DNA of 64,000 nt from a virus, in the IMG/VR virus record IMGVR_UViG_3300028581_000012; one strand, written 5' to 3'. Made by a program: the position numbers and the translations under genes. Below are positions 46,401 to 56,300 of this stretch, one piece after another (within the stretch, counting starts at the first letter, position 1; the number at the start of each line of letters is the position of its first letter). Under the pieces are notes generated by a model. That model saw only the letters and a list, made by a program, of their open reading frames with translations. It ran no database searches and was not told where the DNA came from.

Positions 46401-49400
46401 TAAAAATGATTGGTATGTCGGTGAATTTAACAAAGACAAATCTTTGTTATAGAAAAATCTATAGACATTATTTATAACCTTTGGGTAAAATCCTAATGAT
46501 ATGTTATCTAAGGTTTGAGTTGGGTTGGTTACTAATGGTGTGGTTGTTTGTAATTGAATATCTACTTGTGTGGTACCGCCCGTATATGCAGGAACAACCA
46601 TTTTCAAAGCGGTACTTGGTGTTGAACCTGTTGTATCGTAACTTTTTAAATAATCAAAATTATTCCATATTTTATTATCTAAAATATCATTTCCAGTTTC
46701 TACATATTTTTTGTACCTATGCCAAATACTACCATACTTTAAAACCCAAGCATATGGTAATCTATGTATTGATGAAAATTTATTAAAAGTTGATGCTAAA
46801 TAATCTAAATCAGTTGGTATTGAACTTGTTTCATCAAAACTTTTTATTTTTTCTCTTGTTGTAATTAAAGGAAGTGAATTCAAATATAAATAACCTAACG
46901 CAACATAAGGGTCTGTTACATTATTTTTTTGATTTTCAACACCTTCAACCATCGCATTAACAAAATAAGGAGTATTAATTAATGATGTTGTTTGAATTTT
47001 TGTACCAACTTGCCCACTATAACTATTTCCGTAATCAAAAATACTTTCAGTTAGATAAAGGTCTTTTTCTTTTCTTGTTGAATAAAAACTACCTAAAGAT
47101 ATTTGTGATGTGATTGGCACGTTAGTATTAACATCGGTCATAAATGGTTGGGTGAAGTTTTTGAACCCGTATTTAGAAACTAAAGCATTTATACTTTTAA
47201 TAGTTTCTGTTTCGTTAACTCTACCAATCGTTTTTTTATCATCTAAATAAACGTAAGTTTGTGTTTTATTGAAATCATTTACCGTTGAAACACTTTGTCC
47301 GTTTTGTAAGTTTGTTTTTAACCAATTAACATTTGTAATTGGGTAATTATCTAAAAAGTATGTGTCTGTTGCTGGAACACCATTAATAAAATTCTTGATT
47401 GAATCAGGAAGCGGTATTGCTGTATCAATAGCTATTGAGCTATTTGATAACGTATCTATACTATACACATTATTGTAAACATCTACAGGTCCACTACCAC
47501 CATCTAATTCCAAAAGATTTTTAATATATTCTGTAACAAAAATAGAATCAGAATATAAAGTCCAATTAGTCCCTGTTCCATTATTAGATATTTTTCGTAG
47601 TGTTTGTAAAAAAGTATTATAAGTAAATCTAAATTCTTTTAATAACTGAGTAAGTGAAGTATTATTTAATGCCGTTTTTGTGATATTTGATGATTCTAAG
47701 TTACCTAAAAATATGGATATATTTTCTATGTTATATCCTGTTCTATTCATTTTTGCATAATGAGCACCTAAATAACTTCTTTCAAAAATTTCATATAAGT
47801 AACTTTGTTCTTGTGTGTTTATATATGGTGTTACTTTGAATGGATACTCAACAGCATTTATTGAAAGAACGTTACTAAGAGTTTGTGGATTTGTGTACGC
47901 GTTTTGTGTTGGTGGAATAGTTTTTTGATTAGCAGCATAAATAAATTCTTCAGTAAACGCAATTTCAGGCCAAACAACACTATCAAATCCTTTTGTTGTG
48001 TTTATAACTGAAGCATCCCCCGGATACTTTATAACATAAATTTCTGAACCATCTTTTTGTGTTTCATTTGTAAAATATTGTGGCCAAGGATATACAACAT
48101 TCAAATCGTTTAATTGGTTAGTACCGTTTACTAAATTTTTAGAGTCAACTCCAAAGTTTTTTGATGATGGTATTATTGACTCTAAACGAATCGGGTTTGT
48201 TCTTTGGTTCCAAGCTCTAGCATGTGTATCCTCCATTAACCTATAAAAACCATCTAACCCCGCAAAAATAACCGCCATAACGTTTCTTATTGTTGGTACA
48301 AACCCTAAAGCCTTAGGGTTATTAATAATTTGGTCACTTAAAAACTTAGTTAACGCTTGTTCTATTTCCTGATTTTTTTTATTTAGTTCATCACTTGCTT
48401 TTTGAATCTTATCAAGAAAACTGTTTAAAACATAGTTTTGAGCGTTACCCACTTTATCCCCAAACTTATAACATTCAGGGAATCCATTTACTACTTGATT
48501 AGTCTGTTCGTTATATAAGAAATTTGGATTTAAACTTTTAAAATCTGAGATATACTTATTTAATTGGTTATCGGTTGGGTTAGCCCCATAGTTAATAACA
48601 TAACTTTGTCTAAAGTCATCATCAGTTAATGTATTAAAATCTATTTGTTCAAAAACGTCATTAATAGAAAATTTAACGGGTATTTCACCACTTATAGTAC
48701 CTTTGTCAGGTAATTTGTATTGACCATTTGTTCCAAAACTTGCATTTGCTTTAAGTGCTGCAACATATGTATTTATATCAGTTTCAACTCTTTGTTTGTA
48801 AGTTTGTCTGTCAGCAAATGATATATTTTCTTTATATGGGTAATAAACTTGACCTTTAAATATTTTTTCAGATACATCTAAAAAATCACTTATAGAATTA
48901 GCAAAAACAGAATTTCTTAATTTATTCAAGTTAGTTTGAAAATCCGAAACATCGTTAAACACAGTAAACCCTGCCTTATCCGCCTCTTGTTTTAACAACG
49001 TTTGTAAATTTTCTATTCTTGCTGAAAACTCTTCTAAAGTAATTTCAGGAAAATCTTGTGCAATTAATCCCTTACTTTTGTATATTGAGTAAACTTCTTT
49101 CAGTTTTTGAAGACCAACAGACTCAACTACTGTTGTAACATTATTAGTATTTACACCATTATTTGAAGAGTTAGAACTACTTGGCGTAATTAAAGTTTCA
49201 GTTTGAAACATTTTAGGTGAATTTTTAGCATATGCTAAAATACTATCTGCTAATATTGCGGTATTTCTACTAAGTAGTTTTAAAGTTATTTTAAAATTAC
49301 CACTATCAGGTTCAAAACTAGCATTGAACTCGGTTAGGTTTAATTGGTATCTAATGGCCTTTCCATAATAACCCTTTAAGATTAAAAAAAATGGAGGATA

Positions 49401-50000
49401 TGGTAAATTAAAAAAAACAGAATATAAAGAGTTATCCCCTTGTTCAAATAAGGCTCTTCCTCTAATATCAACTAAGGTTATTGAAACTTCAGTGACGTTT
49501 GCGGGTTTTATACTTACAGTTATATCTGTCATACCTAATGTTTGGGTATCTTCATAGTTTAAAACTTTTTGTTTAAAACTTGTATTACCGTCTTGATTTA
49601 CAGTATATTCTGCGTTTTGATTCGCTCCTCTTCCTTGTCTAACACCTCTACCTGTATACTCATCAGACCAACTTGTGTCAAACGCCTTTTTTCCTTTAGG
49701 TCTAAGAAAGTTGAGTTTTAAATCATCAGGAAAATTAGAAAGTGATGCAATTTGAGAATTTATTACAGGACTATCAAAGTTATCACCAATTGCTAATTTT
49801 GTTCTTGGAATAATTTGAGTTTCCAAATTGGCATACATAACAAGATTTTCTTGTTGTATATATCTATCTTTTACATTGTTGTTTTCATCAACAACTTTGT
49901 TTGGGTCAATTAAAATAATATTATCGTAGTCTGCTTCGACATAGATATTATTTTCTTTATTATAAATTTGTCTGAATTTTGTTGGGTCATTAACGGCCAT
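43425..50000 (-). CDS. Giant baseplate hub protein (gp27/VgrG/late-control-D-like termini)
   Basis: N-terminal LGMTDI.V...ITLVDIRGRALF..PYPPFFLILKGYYGKAIRY; C-terminal SYTATIEMMGNAMMQPTMYLNL...YMIMSVSHKI..GFSTTIEG; follows the gp53-like gene. Confidence 0.7.
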   Translation of the reverse strand: MAVNDPTKFRQIYNKENNIYVEADYDNIILIDPNKVVDENNNVKDRYIQQENLVMYANLETQIIPRTKLAIGDNFDSPVINSQIASLSNFPDDLKLNFLRPKGKKAFDTSWSDEYTGRGVRQGRGANQNAEYTVNQDGNTSFKQKVLNYEDTQTLGMTDITVSIKPANVTEVSITLVDIRGRALFEQGDNSLYSVFFNLPYPPFFLILKGYYGKAIRYQLNLTEFNASFEPDSGNFKITLKLLSRNTAILADSILAYAKNSPKMFQTETLITPSSSNSSNNGVNTNNVTTVVESVGLQKLKEVYSIYKSKGLIAQDFPEITLEEFSARIENLQTLLKQEADKAGFTVFNDVSDFQTNLNKLRNSVFANSISDFLDVSEKIFKGQVYYPYKENISFADRQTYKQRVETDINTYVAALKANASFGTNGQYKLPDKGTISGEIPVKFSINDVFEQIDFNTLTDDDFRQSYVINYGANPTDNQLNKYISDFKSLNPNFLYNEQTNQVVNGFPECYKFGDKVGNAQNYVLNSFLDKIQKASDELNKKNQEIEQALTKFLSDQIINNPKALGFVPTIRNVMAVIFAGLDGFYRLMEDTHARAWNQRTNPIRLESIIPSSKNFGVDSKNLVNGTNQLNDLNVVYPWPQYFTNETQKDGSEIYVIKYPGDASVINTTKGFDSVVWPEIAFTEEFIYAANQKTIPPTQNAYTNPQTLSNVLSINAVEYPFKVTPYINTQEQSYLYEIFERSYLGAHYAKMNRTGYNIENISIFLGNLESSNITKTALNNTSLTQLLKEFRFTYNTFLQTLRKISNNGTGTNWTLYSDSIFVTEYIKNLLELDGGSGPVDVYNNVYSIDTLSNSSIAIDTAIPLPDSIKNFINGVPATDTYFLDNYPITNVNWLKTNLQNGQSVSTVNDFNKTQTYVYLDDKKTIGRVNETETIKSINALVSKYGFKNFTQPFMTDVNTNVPITSQISLGSFYSTRKEKDLYLTESIFDYGNSYSGQVGTKIQTTSLINTPYFVNAMVEGVENQKNNVTDPYVALGYLYLNSLPLITTREKIKSFDETSSIPTDLDYLASTFNKFSSIHRLPYAWVLKYGSIWHRYKKYVETGNDILDNKIWNNFDYLKSYDTTGSTPSTALKMVVPAYTGGTTQVDIQLQTTTPLVTNPTQTLDNISLGFYPKVINNVYRFFYNKDLSLLNSPTYQSFLDSYNNNGFRVANNQTSGKYYNFSFDLTNPNRSLVNKNYYTFFDNPENSQNFLLVPSSGGININQTNFECFNSLGKITEEVFNNKSVYNGSVRPLWGVSQFGYFNNSLIRKPLYNEYLKTIYTDNSKNLDFELRNTTSTYSNIEEIFSVFEPEILDKFEELFLSFCNPTPSVSDLVLEEEQTNSNYTTVGGVRNVKEKRLYNQIENLFMVPKNSLTLLDDESQDGVLLAQKQISNFFPKLVEFLNFDCVLKMGNPGNFKRRVFNYFSNNPAFQPLNPLTVSPYVVGTLPNDGTVSAPTLLQSTTSNPLEWAALKKYVGEFTQNGIKYADSGSTITDFFTANNGMDIEFTVSNIETYYPIIRLFAKQKLEDPTLNKTRFQQNLNNFLLQQQTFNSENLTQTFLKLNADLPTIKQNTPPIKNATAGNVSKLDTYSLLKTMNDKWIAGTDFLNKTIFEDFLFQDKAARDVGNEITIDLEKIKGYLKGNDNQNMLAIISNICGDNNMVFFALPAYVNFYGIQQAVAKSEPIPVDATETLFGTFLDVDYIKATPKFLLMYVGKPSEHVATNAAYSKFASDTFDLRKSSDNPLRVPSSPDEDYSKKNRVVGFSVDYGTQNQSIFKSVSIDMSEKKNTAESNRIYAQMGASVSGDKVAQQTVSLYSIYKSRSYTATIEMMGNAMMQPTMYLNLRHVPLFYGPYMIMSVSHKINTNGFSTTIEGPRISRYSLPQPNSLIDTVNQNYLNYYKEQILKTSKTSEAITNVDTQQGTVQAGSLQAPENICLSATTFTTTPFVSINLTPITSSELQTLLNSKISASLEKLRPLYYGVAFSRLNNKIDQVVCSAPNYNLYEISTSNNYGGSLNGLISQQVCTTTALEDTSVSRPYAAFASFDAGLEFFNLQNQAFLPIIESLKNASTETTDAKKYADAYSVYTLFRVDGRFVSPSGGPQLYTTLPETFADFTLRKAEKVNPGFSDILDIYNRYKQLFESSYKLFFP

Positions 50001-50307
50001 AATAAAAAATATGTGTATCTAACGCACTTTTGTAGCCTTGTAAGGCACTAATTAATGGATATGGTATTATTAGAACAGCCCCATCAGGTATGTTTGTTTC
50101 CAATCCACCATAAATTGGGTTTGCGGTTAAAATTAACCAACCAAAATATGGGGTTCCGTATTTTTCATAACTAATTTTATCTAATCTACTTTTATTTTTA
50201 AGATAAATGTATCTTTGGTCTGATGGTCTTTGTGGTAAACTTACAAAAGGTACAACAGTTTGTTGACCATTTATTAAAAAATTTTGGTATCTGTTATAGT
50301 ACTGCAT
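49990..50307 (-). CDS. Baseplate wedge subunit, T4 gp53 / LysM (tail X)-like
   Basis: RLDKISYEKYGTPYFGWLILTANP...IPDGAVLIIP. Confidence 0.85.
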   Translation of the reverse strand: MQYYNRYQNFLINGQQTVVPFVSLPQRPSDQRYIYLKNKSRLDKISYEKYGTPYFGWLILTANPIYGGLETNIPDGAVLIIPYPLISALQGYKSALDTHIFYYGR

Positions 50308-50308
50308 T

Positions 50309-53300
50309 TTAATTAAAAGATACTTTTAAATTATATTCATCTCCTGTAGAATTTACAGAAGAATTTATGGCTTTCATATTGTCAACCTCAATCTGATTTG
50401 GAAATAAAACTTGTGAAAAATTCATTTTTCTTTCTTTATCTTTATTTATATCATAACTACAAGTTGCACAAAAAACAGAGTTGTAATAATTTGTTTCAAA
50501 ACTTTCAAATCTTTTGTCCACAAAATCTTTTGATGATTTATATTGAGCAACTATTCCCGTTGGGAGTTCTGAACCGTCTTGAGGATTAATACCTAAGTTA
50601 CTTTTTAAGTAATTTGTCCATTCAGTTTTTCTTTCATTATTGTTAACCACATCAACAACTTCATTAACAAACTTATTATAATCGTCTATTATTTCTTTTC
50701 CAAAAACCATAAAAAATCTATTTTCTTCGGGAGATATTGCTAACGGGTCTGAATCAATAAATGTGTTAAATTGAAAATTATCATTATAAACTTCTTCATT
50801 ATCTGTAGGTATTAGACTATACGTTTCTAAATTATTTGTAAATGCTGAAAGTTTACTTCCGACAATTTGTAAATCCCCTCGTAGTTCATCTAATGTATTT
50901 GCGTAAGAAGTGTTGGACGCATCTACAGGTGTTGTTCCAGTTAAAGAAAAAACTAAAATTTCATTTTTGTCATTAGCGTAACCATCAAATGCATTACACA
51001 CATAATTTAATTGGTCCAAAACATCAATCATTTTTGTTTCATTAACCTCACTATTAACTATGTTGTTAGACGCATCACTAAGAACCGATAGATAAGTTGA
51101 TTGTCTACTTTCTATCATATCTTTGAGTTTTCTTTTTATTTTTCTTGTTGAAATGTTTGTAAAATTTTGTAGATTCAAACTCGCAAGAATTGGACTTGTT
51201 TCATTTTCAATATCATCTTTTGCCCCAGAAAAAAGTAAATTAACTTTTTCTTCGTACTCACTTTTTCCAAAAATTTTAACTAAATTTGTTGCAGGTTGAT
51301 TAATGTTATTAAAATAACCATTTTGATATTTCCTATCTTTTGTGAAAATTAATATTCCACCGATTAGTAGTTTAGAATTAATGTTCTTTAAATTTTGTAA
51401 TACGTTTTGAGAATAGTCTTTAGTTAAGTCTATAAAATTTTTCATATTTTCTTTATATGAAAGAACTCCCGTAAACCCACTTAATGTTGTATCATATTTA
51501 TACGTATCTTGTTTACCTATGGTAGTACCAATTTTATTTTGTTGTAATTGTTGTGGTTTAGCCAAAGGGTTTGTTCTTATTGCTTCAAAAAATTCTGCAT
51601 CATATTGTGATGTAACGTCTTCAGTTATTGTTGCCCTTTCATCATACATTTCTGTATTAGCGTAATAATTAAAAGATAGTGCATTTTGTAGTTCAGCAAC
51701 AGGACCCGCAAGACCGTGACCTCCAATCATATCAAAACTTAAACTAATATTTGCAACCATCGGTTGTACTCCAATACCTTCGGGGTTTAAGTCAAAAAGA
51801 GCACCTGCCTGATTAGAATAAGATATTGATAAATCTTTAGGTATTATTTTTGTATGATAAAAATCGCCAACTCTTAATACCAAAATAGGTGGTGAACCAA
51901 ATGCACTATTGAATGCATCACTATAATCTAACTTAAAGTTACCTCCCGCAGTTTGTGATACGGTTGGTATAGTGTCTCCAGGTCTCATACATTGTTGTAA
52001 AAAAACTAATCGTGAATTCAAACCTTCAGGAGTGATTGAGTGAAATACTGGATTAAAATATTGAAACTTACTTCTAATATTATCATAGACAATAGGATTT
52101 TCCTCTTTAATCATTTGGAAATAATTACATTCCGTCAAAAGTCTTCTAATAATTTTTTTAGCCAAATCCTTATATTGTGGGGTTTGTTTGAAATTATTAA
52201 TAATCTCATTCTGAGGTGTTGGTTTTGGTGTAGTAGTTTCTGCTGCCGTTGGGTTCGGGGTTGTTGATTCTGTTTGTGCAGGTGGTGTTTGGGATTGAAC
52301 AGGTGGTGCAGGTTTAAAAGTTATATTTCCAATTTTAGTTCTTCTACAGGCCATTGCTTGGACTGAATATATACCTTCCTCATATGGTGATTTAAAAGCT
52401 TTATTACATTCTATTTCTGAGTATTTAGGGTCTTTAATTGTCCCGCTAGACCCTTCTGCCTTTTTAGTTATTCTTAATTTGGGAGGGTTACTTTCTGTGA
52501 ATGTTTTCAAAGTTTTATCATTAACTTTAAAATTTTCTATAAATTTTAAAACAGAGTCATTTCTTCTTTCTGATAAATTTTGATTACCACTTGTATTTGT
52601 TGAACTAGCAGTCCCTAACAAGTCAAAACTTACTTCACCCCCACCATTAAGTATATTAAACACTTCACCTAAAAATTCTTTAAGGTCTTGAAATTCTGTT
52701 TCAATATTTGAGAAAAACCCACCAACTGTTTCTTTTCTAGCATCAACATATTCTTTTAATGAAAAGTTAGGTGTTGTAGTTGTATTCAAAGCCACTTTAT
52801 TTGCGTCCGAATACTTGAATACTTTATTAAGTGGTTTAACTGTTGTGTAATTATTTTTATCTGCAACATACTGATTATACCAATATTCAAAATCTTTACT
52901 TGTTGATGTTCCTGATGAGTCATTTGGTTGAGCGTTTTCAAAAAATAAAAATATTTCTTCAAATTTAGGGTCTGAAATTTTATCATTTGATGCTGGAGGT
53001 GTTGATTTAACTTCTTCGGTTTTTGTTGGCTCGGGTTCAGGTGTTTCTTTTACAATTGTTGTTGCCTGTTCGGGATATTTAATTAAATTAATTGCGGTTT
53101 GTATATCTTGTGGTGCTAAAAATGCAAATCTTCTTGTTAAGGTATATAAATCATATTTAAGACAACCTGCAAAAAATGAGTCCATAACTTTTGTCATTTC
53201 AGATTCAGGTCTTATATCTTTGAATTCTTGGTCTACTAAAAGATTTGAAATAGAAGGGTGGTCAACAATAATGTCAAAATCAAGTTTTCCACTTCTTTCA

Positions 53301-56300
53301 GTATTCTTATATGTGTAAATTTTTTCGGGTCTACCAATAAAAGAATTGTCACCAAAGTCAGCCCTTGTAGAATCAGAAAAATCTAAGTTATAAGGTGGAA
53401 ACCACATAATTCGACCACCATTAGGTCCTCTTTCACAAGCAGGTAAATCTTCAGTGGTAAATCCAGGTTTGTTAGATGTTCTCCAAGCTAAATTTTCCAA
53501 AGACAACATGTATTTTTTTACTTGCCCATCAATAATGTTTGTTGACTGACCATTCTTGTCATTGTGTGGAACAATATTCAAATTATATGTATTATCAAAA
53601 ACAGAATAAGTATAGTTTCTAATATTACCTTCAGTTTTCTGTAGTTGTGAATAAGTTAAAAAAGGAGTATCCTTTGTGAATAATCTACAATATTCAAAAC
53701 CTTTCAATGAGCTACTACTACTGTCAATTGAATTTTTTGTTGTATATCTAATAACCCTTGAACCCTTAGTCATTTCAACATAACCGTCATTAAATACTTT
53801 TGATATTTGGTTTATTGCAGTACCAACATGTTCTAATTTTTTTATTCCACTTCTATCTGCAGAATCTACTAATTTTTGTGTGGTGTCTAATATTGAACCA
53901 TCCCTCCAAACATTATTTTCTTCTATTTTCCAAGATTCAGTATCTTTAAAGGCTGATTCAAAGTTTTTTGTAAACACATCATTAGTACCAAATCTTTGTA
54001 GACCGCCAGGTCCTGCCAATTCACCAACTTTAAAATATCCTCTTTTTGATGCCCAAGTAAATCCTCCACCAATAGTCGTTGTACCATCAGAATAACTTCT
54101 TGTATTTAATCCAAATTTAAATTTTTGAAAATTTTCACCTTCATAGTATTTTCCTATTTCACCAACAGAATAAACGGGAGCACCACTTGGTTCTCCATTT
54201 TTATCTAAAGGTTGAGCATTTGCAGGTGAAATTAAACTTGAAAAAATATCATCAGAATCTCCACCTCCATAAAAATTTGGTTTGGGTGCAAATAAAGTTG
54301 GTCTTCTTAATGTTAACCCGCTGTAGTCGGGTCTATAAGTATTATAAAAAAGTTGTCCAAACAATAAACTTCTTGTCGCGTTTGAAGTGTTTGCCAACAT
54401 CAACTTTGAACCTCTTTTGTTTTTTTGTCCTGTGATAGTTCTTATAGCTCCCATGACTGTACTTGTTAAAACTTCAACAGGATTTTCAACAAGTCTATTT
54501 AACATTCTTTTATCGGGGTAGTCAAAGTACTCGCCAGGGATTATTGAATATGGTGAATATAATCCTCCAAGTTTTGCTGTAAAATTTAAAGCCCTACCAA
54601 TTAATGATTCAGGTGAAGTGATAACATAATTTCTTGCCAATAATGGAATATTTCCCGATATAATACCGGCAGCATCAAATGGATTTAAATTTGGTTTAAC
54701 TGAAACACCCCCACTATCAGGGTCAATTTCAGAATCAAGAGCGTTTATTCTACCCAAAGTTTGGGATACTAACTCACTTGCGATTCTATATCTATATTCT
54801 CTTCTTAATTGTCTTGCACCTATAAACGCTAAAGCGGAATCTTGGGATAGACTACCATTGGAGCCTGCCGGATTATCACTTAATAAAATATTAATAGGTT
54901 TATAGGTTGATGGTATAAAGTTAATTGGTGTTAATGAATTAGCATAGGCATTACCATAACTTGTTGGTATAATGTCGTCTATTGTGATTAAATCATAGTT
55001 TCCGTCACCAGTTACATACTTGTTGTTTATGTAAGCCTCATTTTCTTTTTTAGACCCCACAACTTCCAACTCAGAACCTTTAGTACTTAAATAATTATAT
55101 TCACCACCATTAGATAATTTTCCATTATTAACGTTTATGTCAACAGTATTTATCGGTGTGTTTTGCGGTGTGTATTCATTAAGTGGAATTAAATCGGTTC
55201 TAAAAGAGTTAGCATCTTGTTCTAATTCACTATTAATGGTATCACCATAATCATAGTTTCCTTCGTTACTATTTGTTTGAACATTGTTATTTATTGAAAC
55301 TTCGCTTTGTGATTGTCCATTTACAGGACCATATTGATTAATAGGAAACAAGGTAAGTCTAATAGTTTCAGCCTCAGTTTCTAATTTACTATTTATCGCA
55401 TCACTTGGGTCATATTCTTCTTCATTTGGGTTTGTTTGATAGTTGTTCCAAGGAAATACTGAAATTGTGTAGCCAGCAACTGGACCATATTGATTAAGTG
55501 GATATAAAACATTTCTTTCACTGATACCTTCCAATTCTAATTCACTACCAACGGTATCTGAAAAGTCATATTCACCTTCATTTGAACCTAATGATAATAT
55601 ATTATTAATAGAGTATTTTGTTGAACCGTATCCTGGAGCCGAAGTTGCTGGTGTATATTTATTAATAACCCTCATCAGAACTTCTTGTTCATTACCTTTT
55701 GTTTCTAAATAACTTCCTATAGTGTCTGAAATATTATACACTCCAGAACCAACGGTTTGTACCACTTGGTTGTTTTGTATCCAATAAACGGGAAAACCAA
55801 AACCTGTAGTTGTTGGCTTATATACATTTAAAACTTTTAATTCAATTTCTTTTTGGTTACCAATTGAATTTAAATAACTGTTAACTGTATCGGCAACTGA
55901 ATATTCTCCTTGTCCATTTGTTAAAATGTTTTTTAAATTGTTAATCCAATAAACGGGGAACCCAAAGTCAGGCCCTGTACTTTTATAAACATTTCTTACT
56001 TTAGATAAAATTTCTTGTTCGTTACCAATTGAATTTAAAAAACTATTTTGTGTGTCTGAAATTGTATATTCACCTTCACCTCTTGATTGGATTGTTTGAT
56101 TATTATTTATAAACCAAACAGTATCACCAAAACCTCTATCATTTCTATTAAGTGGTTTGTATAAATTTGTAACAATTAATTCTTTTTCTTTTGTATCACC
56201 AATTTTTTCTAATTCGCTACCAATCGCTAAAGGATAACCATATTTACCTTTATTTGTTTCTTGTTGTAAATTTTTGTTAATTTCGACCGTATCCCCATAT

